64,000 bases of DNA from the human T2T-CHM13v2.0 reference genome, Homo sapiens: NCBI RefSeq assembly GCF_009914755.1, contig NC_060929.1; one strand, written 5' to 3'. Positions 24,865-41,125 of the stretch are shown in pieces. The notes under the pieces were generated by a model that ran no database searches, was not told the DNA's origin, and saw nothing but the letters and a program-made list of their open reading frames with translations. Every line of letters begins with the position of its first letter. Position 1 is the stretch's first letter. Position numbers and translations under genes: made by a program.

Positions 24865-25087
24865 TAGGGGTGGGCAAACCTTTTCTGTAAAAAGCTACAT
24901 AGTAAATATTTCAGACCTTGTGGGCCATATTGTCTTTGCTGTAACTACTCAACTCAGCCACTGTGGAGCTGAAGTAACCATAAATAATATGGAAATATAT
25001 TGTTGCAACTATGTTCAAATACCATTTTATTTACAGAAAGAGATGATGGGCTGGATGTGGCCAGAGGCTGTGGTTTGCCAACTTCTG
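24865..25087. mobile_element. MER58A (hAT-Charlie)
   Basis: ggggtgggcaaaccttttctgtaaa...aactactcaactc...gtttgccaacttctg; flanked by ctctaga on both sides (hAT NTCTAGAN target). Confidence 0.9.
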
Positions 25088-26099
25088 CTCTAGACAATGC
25101 ACAATTGTTCACTGAAGCACCTCCTTCCTCTTATACTCTAAGTTCTAGGCTGAAGAATTCCTGATCATCGCTCAGATGTTCAAAGCTAGACTGCAACTTT
25201 GGGAGAGGACTAGTTTAATTGTGATTCATACTTACTCTGAAATCTATTTCTTTAAGTTTGTGCATAAAGAAAAGGAATAAATTAGGATTCCTGCTTGAAC
25301 ATTTCAAATCTCAGGGGGACCATGGACTTTATGTTTTTCCTTTGGTCCTGCATCGTCACCAAAATTCAATTATATCTCAGGATTTTTCTCCCATAATTAA
25401 ATATATATACATATTCTCAGAGGCAAAAAATGTGCTGACATTTTTTTGAGTGCTGACCTTGTCTGGCTTCATTCATTTCTTCTTCTAGGTTTTGGTGTAG
25501 TAAATAATTACGTGATGGTTGTTACTTTTAGGAAGATTTTTTAAAAAGATAATTAACCCTTATATTTTAGTGTCTTTGTTTGGAGGGTTGGTCTGAATTT
25601 TTCAGTTAGCATTATTGTGCACAGAAGTCTCATTCTGTTGATTCTTTAAATACTTTAAATGTCCACTTAGTATCACATGAAATAATAAAATGATCTTCAC
25701 TGAATGTTTTTCTGACTTTATATAAGTCTCACTAACAATAATAAGACATATTATTTTGCTCATTCTTTTCTGAACCACTTCTTTTGGCTCTAGAAAACCT
25801 GGAATTAATATGCTTTGAAAAAAACATTAAAGATGATACTACACTATTTGGAATATCTTAACACTGATTTCATAAATGATGGAGAGTGTTAGATATTTAA
25901 AATACATTTTTATTTATTAATGTTAATGTTGAGTAACTTCTAAAAAATGAATCTACTATATAAGAAATTTTATACATGTGTCTGACTACAGGTCTAACCT
26001 TTAGGGATAAGAATAGTGTTCTATATCCCAAATTATAATTTTTACTTCTACCAAACCACTCAAACTAAGAAAAAAGGCAAAATTATGAGACCACATTTA

Positions 26100-26786
26100 T
26101 GAGAGCGGTAAGGAAATCTATTTTAAATAAGCAAAAATTATAAATTATAAGTAAATTTAAACCTTTAAATATTTAAAATTAAAAACATAGTCTCTATGAC
26201 AAAATGTATGTTACACAAAATAAAAAGATGAAACACAAACTAGGAGATGACATTGATAATTTATAGATACAAATTGTTAATTGATATGTATCCAGAATCT
26301 AGAATGAATGGCAATTAAGAAAATGTAGCCAATGCAATAGAAAAATTGGCAATAATATGAATTCCTCAATGCTGAAATTCTCATGGCTAATAAACCCGAA
26401 CGGCCAATAAACAGATGATGAAGTTCCCAACCTTCTTATATGCTATCAAGAGAATTAAAATAAAAACCAAAAAACTAAAATTAAAATTAAAAATGAGAAA
26501 TAACTTTGTACTCTTAAAAGTGGTAAATATCACAAAACCCGTCTGTTTGTTAATTGTTGTCCAATCATATGGTACCCCCTAAACCTATGTAGGGCAGAAA
26601 TGCCTGGAAGGCAGAGAGGCCAGTGCATTTGTTGAATGGCACAAATGCTCTCAACACCACACGTAACCATTTGGCAATGTCTGTTGAAGTTGAAGCTGTG
26701 CATAAATGATGACTTGGCATTTCAACTTCTAGGAATCAGTTGAAGATACTTTTGCACATGCATAAAAGGAGGCACAGAAAGAAAAG
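26100..26786 (+). mobile_element. Old L1ME ORF2/3' fragment (left part)
   Basis: aatagaaaaattggcaa...catttggcaatgtct...tttcaacttctaggaat; continues at 32914. Confidence 0.65.
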
Positions 26787-27172
26787 TTTTATGTTTTGTT
26801 TTATTTTTTATTATTTCGGCGGTTTTGGGTAATAGGTGGTGGTTGGTTACATGCATAAGTTCTTTAGTGGTGATTTCTGAGATTGTGATGCAACCATCAC
26901 CCAGCCAGTGTACACTGTACCCCATGTGGAGTCTTTTATCCATCCTCTCTGTCCCACCTTTCCCCCAGTATCCCCAGAGTCTATTATCTCATTCTTATGC
27001 ATTTGTGTCCTCATAGCATAGCTCCCACTTATAAGTGAGAACATACCATGTTTGGTTTTCCATTCTTGAGTTACTTCATTTACTTCATTTAGATTAATGG
27101 TTTTCAATGCCATCCAGATTGGTGTGTTTGTAATTATTTTATTCCTTTTTATGGCTGAGTAGTATTCTGTTT

Positions 27173-27285
27173 TATATATATGCATACACCATTTCTGTGA
27201 GATATATATATATATATATACACACACACCATTTCTGTAATTATATATATATCTATATTTATATATCTATATATCTATCTATCTC
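27173..27285. repeat. AT/AC/ATCT microsatellite inside the L1PB 3' region
   Basis: Read directly; includes a duplicated acaccatttctgt. Confidence 0.85.
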
Positions 27286-29398
27286 ACAGTTTCTTTATGC
27301 ACTCATTAATTGATGGGTATTTAGGCTGGTTCCATGTTTCTGAAATTGCAAATTGTGCTGCTATAAACATGTCTGTGCAAGTGTCTTTTTCATATAATGA
27401 CTTCTTTTCCTCTGGGTAGATACCCAGTAGTGGGATTGCTGGATCAAATGGTAGTTCTTTTTTTACTTCTTTAAGGAGTCTTCATACTGTTTTCCATAGT
27501 AGTTGTACTAGTTTACATTCCCACCAGCAGTGTAAAAGTGTTCCATTTTCACCATACCCACACCAACATCTATTATTTTTTGATTTTTTAATTATGACTA
27601 TTCTCATAGTAGTGGTATTGCATTGTGGTTTTGATTTCCCTGATCATTAGTGATGTTGAGCATTTTTTTCACATTTGTTGGCCATTTGTATATATTCTTT
27701 TGAGAATTGTCTATTTATGTTCTTAGCCCACCTTTTGATGGAATTGTTTTTTTCTTGCTGATTTGTTTGAGTTCCTTGTAGATTCTGGATACTAGTCCTT
27801 TGTCGGATGCACAGATTGTGAAGATTTTCTCCCACTCTGTGGGTTGTCTGTTTACTCTGCTGATTATTTCTTTTGCTGTGCAGATGCTTTTTAGTTTAAT
27901 TAAGTCCCATCTATTTGTCTTTATTTTTCTTGCATTTGCTTTTGATTGATTCGTCATGAACTCTTTACCTAAGCCAATGTCTAGAAGAGTTTTTCTGATG
28001 TTATCTTCTAGAATTTTTATGGATTAAAGTCTTAGATTTAATTCTTTGATATGTCTTGAGTTGATTTTTGTATAGGGTGAAAGATGAGGATCCAATTTCA
28101 TTCTTCTATATGTGGCTTGCCAATTATCCCACCACCATTTGTTGAATAAGATGTCCTTTTCCCACTTTGTGTTTTTGTTTGCTTTGTTGAAGATCAGTTA
28201 GCTGTAAGTATTTGACTTTATTTCTGGGTTCTCTCCTCTTTACCCTAGGGATGGGGCTTCCTGAGAGCTGACTGCAGTGATTGTTATTGCTTTTCCGGGT
28301 CTAGCCACCCATCGGGGCTACCAGGCTCTGGGTTGGTGCTGGGAAATGTCTGCAAAGAGTCCTGCGATGCGATTCATCTTCAGGTCTCCCAGCCATGGAT
28401 ACCGGCGCCTACTCTGTTGGAGGTGGCAGGGGAGTGAGGTAGACTCTGTGAAAGTCCTTGGTTGTAATTTTTTTTAGTGTGCTGGTTTTATTGAATGCTG
28501 GTGATGCTAGCAGTGAAGTTGTCACATGGACAGACTCAGGACCTCTGGTTAGCCAGGATGTTGCAGGTGTTGTTTTCTCCTTCTGTGGAGCAGGATTGTT
28601 TTGTTGTGAGTTGTTGGCTTGAGTTTGTTGGCCTACAGCCAGGAGGTGGCACTTTCAAGAGAGCACCAGCTGTGGTAGCAGAAGAGGGATATAAGCTTGC
28701 CCTAAGTTGGCTAGGGTAAGTATTCACATTTCTCAGGAAATGGGTGGGGCCGTAGAGCTCCAAGGAATTTATGTCTTTTGTCTTTGGCTACCAGTGCAGG
28801 TAGAGAAAGACCAGCAGGTGGAGACAGGATGAGGCGTGTCTGAGCTATGACTCTCTTTGGCTGGGGCCTGCTGTGGTCACTGTTGGGGGTAGGGGGTGGT
28901 TCTCAGGCAATGGAGTTATGTTCCAAAGGGGATTATGGCTGTCTCTGTTGTCTCATACAGGTTGCCAGGGAAGCCAGAAGTGATAAGCTTCACCCAGCTC
29001 CTACGCAGCCAGCAAGGGCAGTCTCACTCCCGCTGTGCCCCACCAACAGTGCTGAGTTTATATCCAGCCAGCTGGTGCATAGTGCTGAGATCTTTTCCCA
29101 GGCAACAGGCCTCCCTGCTGAGAAAGCAAGCAGGGTTTTCAGGCCTTGTCCCTCTCCACCTACCTACAGCATCAGCTGTGGCTCCTGTGCTTGCATCCGC
29201 ACTTCCTGTTCACCCCTAGATTCTACGCAGTAAAAATTATGCTCAGTCAGAGTTATTACAAAGTTCAGCTAGAAGCTTCTTTCACCCTGTAGCCCCTCTC
29301 TAATTCTGTGGGCTGCCTTCACCAAGGACCCCTGTGAGATAAACTCAGGGATGGCTTCCCTGGATTTGAGCTGGGGACAAGGAATGCCTACAGGGCTC

Positions 29399-29500
29399 TT
29401 CTCTCTTTCTCTCTCTCTTCCTCCCTCCCTCCCTTCCTCCCTTCCTTCTTTCCTTCCTTCCTTCCTTTTCTTTCTCTCTTTCTCTCTTTCTCTCTTTCTC

Positions 29501-29563
<63 letters not shown>

Positions 29564-29640
29564 CTCTCTCTCTCTCTCTCCCTCTCTCCCCCTTTCTTTC
29601 TTTCCTTCTTTCTTTTTTTTTTTTTAATTTTTTATTTTAT
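29399..29640. repeat. Compound (CT)n/(CCTT)n/(CTTT)n polypyrimidine microsatellite
   Basis: About 225 bp of pure pyrimidines contiguous with the Alu T-tail. Confidence 0.95.
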
Positions 29641-29923
29641 TTTTTTCAGAATCTTGCTCTGTCACCCAGGCTGGAGTGCAGTGGCATGATCTCAGCTCAC
29701 TGCAACCTCTGCCTCCTGGGTTCAAGTGATTCTCGTGCCTCAGCCTCCTGAGTAGTTGAGGTTACAGGCACCCACCACCATGCCCGGCTAATTTTGTACT
29801 TTTAGTAGATACTGGGTTTCGCCATGTTGGCCAGGCTGGTTTCAAACTCCTGACCTCAGGTGATTGACCCACCTCAGCCTCCCAAAATGCTGGGATTACA
29901 GGTGTGAGCCACCATGCCTGGCC
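29641..29923 (-). mobile_element. AluSx/Sz
   Basis: Full dimer ending ...gagccaccatgcctggcc, with the S-type cctgacctcaggtgat. Confidence 0.93.
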
Positions 29924-30183
29924 CACACTGTTTCTTCTACTTTTGTATTTCTCTTAGCTCCCTAAATCCATTTCAACTCTAGGTAAGGCTAAATCTTTCT
30001 CCCACTATCTGGATTTTTCAGAATACTCAGCAGGGATGTATGTTCAGAGGCAGACGTTCCCTCCTCTCACACTTTGGGAACTCACAGTTTTTTGGCTCTT
30101 CATGGAGTTTGCAGCGACACACCATTTCTTTCAAAGCCTCTGAACTCTTTCTGTTTCCCTGGTATGTTCCTGAAGTGGTTCTT

Positions 30184-32809
<2,626 letters not shown>

Positions 32810-32913
32810 TTCTTGGAGCAAAAGCTCAAAATGTGAGTCTCCACACACAGTTCTGTCTGTCAAAGTGGGAGCTGCACGTTAGTCCTGTCTCCTATCCATT
32901 TTCTTCTCCTCTC

Positions 32914-33470
32914 AAGAAAAATATTTTAGTAGCATTGCTTGTAGTAGAGAAACATGTCTATCAAAGGCAGGAGAGATAAAGTTGTTTTGGTGTATCATAA
33001 AATGGAATATTTTTTTAGCTATTATAATGCATAATCTAGTAATCGATATATCAGGTTATATAATTCTTCAGAATATATAACAAATGAAAAAAAACTAGTT
33101 GCACAATGTTATATAAAATGATCTCTTTTAAAAAACCTTGTAAAATATCAAAACAGGAATATGCATTATTTAAAAATATCTCTATGTTATAGTTTTATAT
33201 GTATATTGTATTTATAGTTAACAGCATGCAAACATTGACAGAAATTATATATGGTATTTTTAGGAAGATGCATTTTCTCTGTGGAGAAAGGAAGGTTTGG
33301 GTTTGAAATGGTTGTGGATTACAAAGGAGGCATTAATTCCTTATGTTACATTTTCTCTAAAGTGATTTAAAAGAGATAAGGCAAAATATTCAACATGGAT
33401 AGTTTGTATGTGGACATTTGGTATGAACTTGTTAATTTTCTGTTTATCATTTTTTTCTAATCAAAAAATA
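32914..33470 (+). mobile_element. Old L1ME 3' end (right part)
   Basis: tagcattgcttgtagtag...aatggaatat... continues the element broken at 26786. Confidence 0.6.
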
Positions 33471-34015
33471 GAATAAGAGACGAGCCATACATTGGAGGAA
33501 GAGGGTGGAAAGAGTGGTCCGGCCAAGACTGAAGTGTTCTGCCACACATGAAGCTTTTCTAAATTATCCTACATATTTGAAACCTGACTTCCACACATAG
33601 CCATATTTCACAAAGATATTAAAGTTTTAAATTACCATTGAGTAAAATTGATGCTCAGGAAGATGACATATATTCCTATTTCTTCCAGTTTCTTTAGTCA
33701 CTCTAGATTAGATTTGACTTGATATGAGCATGTACTTGGACCCCCAGTGATCTCCCCTCCTCTGAACTCTTGTGATATTTCCTAGATGAGGCAACTGTTG
33801 TGACAAAAATTCCACTGCCTTATGTAAATGCTTTGAACAGTTTTGTGAGTATTATTTGTGCCTGCCCTGTGGATGCAAGCTCCTGGAGTTGTAAATATGC
33901 TCTAATCTACTTATATAAATGCTTACCACAGTGCTAAATTTATGAACAAATCCTCTTAATATGCCTTATGGCATTCAGAGATTTTATGTTATTATGCTCA
34001 TTGGTAGAAAATAGC

Positions 34016-34017
<2 letters not shown>

Positions 34018-34048
<31 letters not shown>

Positions 34049-34082
34049 TGTGTGTGTGTGTATGGATGTGTGCATGTGTGTG
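34018..34082. repeat. (TG)n microsatellite
   Basis: Read directly. Confidence 0.95.
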
Positions 34083-36221
34083 CAAACACTTGAAGGAGGT
34101 AGATCAGGATAGAAATACTTAGATATAGGCCACTTTGCTCTTTTAAGTTAGAGGATGGCAGAAGTACCTAGCAAATGATTATATGTGTGTGCCTTGTGGA
34201 CATATCTTGTAACACAATATGTGTGTTTCTGAAAAAAAAAAACAATGCTTATATTCTGCAGAATCATTGGATTAAAAATTAAAGAGGATTATGCTGAACA
34301 TAGGGTCATAGGAGGGCCACTAAAATCATGTGCAGCTTTGTAACTAATTTACTAAGACAAATACTCCTAATAAAAATACTAGTAAAGCTAATAATAACTT
34401 TCTAATGAATATGTACACACTTCAATACATTTTGAACTTTACCTTAAACAAAAGAAACAAAGTAAGTATAGTAGTAGCTTGATAGAAAGATTGAGATTAC
34501 TGAGTTGTGGAGAAAAAAGGAAAGTGGGCAGAGATCAAGGAGATTCATCCCACAACCCTTCCAAGACAGAGACCATGGCTTGGCTGAGTTCAAGAAAAGG
34601 ACATGGGGTGAGTAGAAGTCACAGAGCGAACGAGATTTTTTTCCATGGCTGCGTCCAGCAGCAGGTGACTTCTTTGAGTTTAGTTGCTATTTCACAGGGG
34701 CACAACATACGGTTACCTTGCTTTATTAATTTTATGTCTTTTGTTATCAAAGTACTTTAAGACCTTCTTATTATTATTTTCTCTTCTTTCTTAAGCATGG
34801 ATGCCACTATAGTTTTTTTCGCAATGTCTGAACTTTAAGGAATTTAGCTTTTATATAACGCATAGTGAATCAGCATATGTACGTCTGTGTGGCTACCCAT
34901 AAGGTAATGCATAGTCACCTTTGTCTGATAAAATTAAAGTAATAAGAATTTTACATATCATTATGTATTTATATTTTTGCCAATAAGTATGGAATTTGTA
35001 AATAATATCTATTTTAGATAGTAAAACTAGGTGAGTGCTATGCTAATATTTATATAACAAATTTGGAAGACAACAGGATTGTAAAGTGGCTTTGATAAGA
35101 AAACATTAAATTTATTTTCTATTTGATATAACATTGTGTTTCTAATTGCTTTCTTAGCAAAGAAGTTATTATTCATCAAGAATCATCAAATGGATTTTAT
35201 CCAAAACTCTTAGACTGACAGGATAATGGATTTCTGCTAATATGGTGATTGATGGTTGATGCTAAGCTTGAATATTTTTTGCCATAGTTATACTATAGGG
35301 ACTCATCTTTGGATAATAATCAGCCATAGCTATAAAAGATTTTCACTGAATAATTTGTGTTGCTCCACAGTGCACCCTAAGGCATTGAACTGATTACAGA
35401 AAGGTAAATTACCTTTATGCATTTTCTTCCTGACTACGTGGGTGGCAAGTACAAACACTGAATTCTATCTTGAATTAAATAATTCTTTCGTAGTCTAACA
35501 CTGTATAAAGACTTGTTTTTAAATATTCTTTACTTAAAGTGTTCCTTAAAATTATAACCAGATGTCTAAAAATAAAAATGAATACATTCAGGCAGAAACT
35601 GCTACTCAGCTGTCTTTATCTACTATAACTCATTTTTAAATAAAAAGATTTTAATAATCTGTGATCACATAACGATTTAACACAATTAGCATGTGTTTTG
35701 GCCTCAGATTTTCTGATTTCCTATTTTCTCTGAATAAGCGTTAAGAATCATGTTACTCTAAAGTGTGCTAATTAACTAAGAAAAATATAATTTTTCTGAC
35801 CTAGTTACGAAATACTTCAGACTTTAGAATTTTAAGATCAGTGCCATATTTTTCAACTTGACTATGAAAAAAGCCTCAAATCCCCTTTGAAATGATTGAG
35901 TATTGAACTAATATGAACTGTAGATTATGATAATCTCTAAAATAAAAGCAAGGCAATAATTTTAATTAAGGGAAAACTACAGCCAAAATATATGTATGTT
36001 CTGCAATCCTTTTCTTTTTTAAAATGTTGGTATGTAATGCCTTTAAAATATATTCTAAAGCATTAAAATAAATTAGAAAACTTAAAATCGTTTTCTTTAT
36101 TTTGTAGTTAGTTGGATTTATCAAAATATCTTTTCAGTGATTATGGTAAGTTGTATTTTCAGAAAATACTTTTGACTGTGATTCATATTCAAAAGAGTAT
36201 TGTCACTAGTTTCACTTGCTG

Positions 36222-36876
36222 TAACGGCTAAAAAGAAATAGACTGTAAAGACCAAGTGTTGGTGAAAATGTGGAACGATTGGGAATCCCATACATTAAGG
36301 CTAGGAGTGTAGAATGGTACCACCAGATGGAAGAGTTGGGAAGTGTTTTAATAAATTTATTCCTACGCCTACCTTATGACACAGCAGTTTTACTCCTGGC
36401 TTCTTACCCAAGAAAAATTAAAACTTTGGCTACAAAAAGACATGTACAAAAATCTTCACACCAGCTTTATTTTATAATAACACAAACTGAATACAACCCA
36501 ACAGATATCCTTAGTTGAATGGGTTAATGAATTATGCAATATGTGTACTCAGTAATGAAAGGGTACAAACTGTTGATATACACAACAGTCAATAGTGGTT
36601 ATGAATGCTGAAACATTACCTGAAGTAAAAAATAAATCCACGTTTATGAATTTGTAGCACAGATAAATGAAATAATGATGACAGAAACCAAATACATCCT
36701 TTTCTGGAAGAATCAGGCAATACACTGGAAAGTAGCATGCAGAAACTTTAGAGAGTAATAAAATTGTTTTTATCTTAAAGTGGTATACATATATATGAAC
36801 ACAATTATCAAAATTCAACAATCTGTGTACTTAAAATTAGTACATATTATTGTATATAAATTGAGTGCAATAAAAA
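36222..36876 (+). mobile_element. Old L1 (L1MC/ME) 3' end
   Basis: accaagtgttggtgaaaatgtggaa...ttgtatataaattgagtgcaataaaa. Confidence 0.75.
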
Positions 36877-36916
36877 TAGTAGTAAAACAGTAAAAACATA
36901 AAAGTGCCCATTATTA

Positions 36917-37277
<361 letters not shown>

Positions 37278-37329
37278 AAGAACTGCTAGTGTTATACAGA
37301 AAGATCCATTTTTCATCAAAAGCATAATT

Positions 37330-37400
37330 GTAGTGACAATACAATTGAGTATCTAAACTAGGGCACTTTTGAGAGTGAAAGGGATACTATTAATACAATA
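37330..37400. mobile_element. MER81/MER94-like (hAT-Blackjack) fragment
   Basis: gcacttttgagagtgaaagggatactattaat motif. Confidence 0.45.
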
Positions 37401-38059
37401 CATTTGGTCAAAAGGACTAAATCAGTACTTTTGTAGAATAATCAAAGAGTACTGTTACCCCAGTGTTGACTGTTTCCCCAAAATGTTGGTGTTAAGAACT
37501 CTAGAACAACTGCTCGTAGAGGTATATTCACTGTGTATATACACATATGTGTGTGTATGTGTGTGTGTGCGCACGTGCTCACTCGTTTGCTGCAGGCCGT
37601 CTTCAGTCATTTGCTCACTGAATCAAGTTAGTGAAGCTGCTGATTATTTGTATGTGTGTGAAGTTCAAGGGCAGCTGATAATTTCCAGGAGCTATCAGCT
37701 ACCATGCAGGCACGTAAAACCTCAGGATCCACAACTGATAATGAGGTGCGAATCAGACATACTGGGTGATGTCTGCAAACCCTGTGGTTCTATTACTGAA
37801 ATAACAGAACCAGTTTTACTCTGTGTCTCAGCCACACCTTTGCATTTGATCTTGCAGACTTGTTAGATTGCTTGTTCACACCCAAGACTTTCCCAGAAGA
37901 CATACAAAATTACCTTACAAATGGAAGAAGTTGCCTATACGATGTATTTTGTCTCTCAGTGACTAGTACATGTTACTGTTTCTCCCATAGTCAGACTAAT
38001 ACAGGATTATTTACAGGGAAGAGTGGGTATACTAAAAATTAGAATTACACGCAAATTTG

Positions 38060-38290
38060 AAGCAGGAAAGGCCCTCTGGAGAAGGTAATGTTTCAACTGA
38101 GATTTTAAGCATAGTAGGCATTATATAGGCAGAGAAAAATAGAAACAAGGTCCAGGCAAAGAAAACAGCATGAAATGTGCTGAAGTTTCAAACAGTATGA
38201 AAAATTCAAGAATGTACAAGAGGATGGGTGTTGCTACAGAGAGCAGTGTGTGAGGGGAGAGGAAACGGGGAAAGTGATGAGAAAGAAGTT
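38060..38290 (-). mobile_element. L2 fragment
   Basis: ggaaaggccctctggagaaggtaatgtttcaactgaga...ccaggcaaagaaaacagcatg. Confidence 0.6.
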
Positions 38291-38585
38291 TCCTGTACTC
38301 AAGTTTGTCTCTTGTATTGTGAGTATGCTATAGGGCCCCTAGTCTAAAGTACGTAATCAATTAAATATATAGACAAAGAAAACAGGGCAAGCATCAAGTT
38401 TCTCATTATTTTTAAACAAAATTCCAAGCATAGCGTGTTTCTTATTTAGCACAATGTTATTGTAATTTGTGCAAACAGTATACATCTTTAAATGTTTTCA
38501 CATTGTTAATGAATTCAAACATATACCATAGAAAGTAATATGAGCCTGTGTTTCAATATATTTGAGTAGTATTTATTAACACTCA

Positions 38586-38930
38586 TGTATCGGTTAGCTT
38601 TTGCTGGGTAACAAACCACTGTAAAACACGGTGGCTTGAAACAGCAATCATTTATTATTGCTCCTAAGTCTGTAGTAGGCTGAGTCCATTCAAGCATCTG
38701 TAGTCCACTGTGGGTGGATAGATGCTACTGCGGATCTCATTTATGTTCTGCATGCTTGAGATCAACTGGTGGTCAGTTGGTCTAGAATGCTTTGTTTCTC
38801 CCCATAGTCTCTCATCACTTAGCAAGCTGGCCTGAGTTCTTACAAAGAAAGAAAATATGGCGGGCCTTGAAAATTGAAAGCAGATGAGAACAGAGACTAG
38901 CATTCCAAGACTCTGCAATACTCAGAACAA
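38586..38930 (-). mobile_element. MLT1 (H/J-like) LTR fragment
   Basis: tgtatcggttagcttttgctgggtaacaaaccac...ggtggcttgaaacagcaatcattt. Confidence 0.75.
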
Positions 38931-38998
38931 AGGTCAGACTATGCATGGAAAGTTAGAAGATATAATAAAGAAAAGAGCCTAACTGAAGCAAAGGGATA

Positions 38999-39423
38999 TG
39001 TATCAGTCATCTACTGCCAAAATAATGCCACATAGGATACTGCCAAAACCTCAGTGGCTTATGAGCACAGGTATTTATTGACTGTGGTTTGACTGATTGG
39101 GGCTTGGCTTGACTGCATGATTCTGATCCAAACAATTATCATCTGAAATTGGCTCTAGGCTGTGGATGATTTTATATTAGCTCCATATTTATTCATTCTG
39201 GGACTAAGGTTAAAGGAGCATCCAGTACCAGGGTGAGCTCTTCTCATGGGGGAGCACTATAGTTTAAAATCCAAGCCAAACCACATATCACATGCAAAGT
39301 CTCTGCTTGCATCACATCTCTTAATTTTCAATTGGCCAAGTTAATCACATCAACAGAGCAGGGATATACACTCCACCTACCCTGAGAAAGTGGCTATTTA
39401 ATAAACAATAATCAAAAAATCAA
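38999..39423 (-). mobile_element. MLT1 (I/J-like) LTR
   Basis: tgtatcagtcatctactgccaaaataatg...ctcagtggctt...attggccaag...cacat. Confidence 0.7.
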
Positions 39424-39519
39424 AGGGTATATTTGGTGAAATAAGGGAGAAATGAGGACATAAGATAGAAATCAAATAGCCATATGATTTAAGTTGAATA
39501 ATTAAGTTAAAAATCATAC

Positions 39520-40103
39520 TATGGGAAGCACCTGGAATTTTCCAAGATGGCCACACCAATATCCCCAATTCCTCCTGCTCCTGTAGAGGTATAATGTGAC
39601 ACTGATGTTCTTCCCATCAAGAGCTAAGGTCTATATCTGCTTTCAATTATGGACCAGCCTTAGTGACTGGTTTACCAAAAGTGTACAGTGAAAGTAACAC
39701 TATGTTACTTTCAAGCGTAGGTTATCAAAGGCCACCTGGCTTCCCCTTGCTTCTCTGGAACAATCACACTGGAGCCCTTAGCAGCCCTGAAGCCATCTGA
39801 CTGTACCAAGCCTATGAAGCTGAGAGGAAGCGCAAATCAGCACAGGTAGAAGGACCACATGGAGAAGCTCTGCTACAGCATGGAGGGACAGGGATGCCTC
39901 ACTCGCCCCCAGCTATCACAGTTCCACCGTTCCAACTCCAGCCTCCCTCTGACTGCAGCCTCATGGAAGGTCCCATGCCAGGACTACCCAGCTAAGCACC
40001 TTCCAGATTCATGTCCCTCAGAAACTGTGAGAAATAATAATAAGATTGTTTGAAGTCACTTGGTTTTGAGATGATTTGCTATGCAACAATATATAACTAG
40101 AAA
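39520..40103 (+). mobile_element. MLT1G/H LTR
   Basis: ttttccaagatggccac...cagaaactgtgagaaataataa...tttgctatgcaacaatatataact. Confidence 0.8.
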
Positions 40104-40393
40104 TATATATATAGAGAGAGAGCAGGGCATAAATATTAGGGAGATAAATTTGACCTGTTTAATAAGAAAGAGCAACAAAGTTTTGTTGGGCAAAGAATAG
40201 CAGGATACTTGTAGTGTTTTAGGTAGTTCAGGCAAAGGACAGCATGAGGTCACCTGAGGACAGGAGTACGTGGAACCAGGGAAATGATCTCAGTGTTCCT
40301 GAGAGCAAATGCACACGCTTTGGCAATTCATATTTTAGAAAAGTTAAATGTGTCAGTTTTTGGCAACTTATGTATATTTTATAGATCTTGACC

Positions 40394-41125
<732 letters not shown>

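Noticed and set aside
28225-28240. Spliced L1 RNA origin for the L1PB internal deletion
   Set aside because: On the L1 sense strand the paralogous donor side has no GT at the junction and the acceptor side has no pyrimidine tract; microhomology explains it better.
29351-29689. Hydrophobic S/L/F-rich 112-aa ORF
   Set aside because: Translation of the CT-rich microsatellite plus Alu.
37369-37866. 165-aa ORF and a possible 57-nt in-frame exon (37689-37745, ELSATMQARKTSGSTTDNE)
   Set aside because: Non-ATG start, spans a TG microsatellite and MER fragments, weak acceptor, and no recognisable protein similarity.
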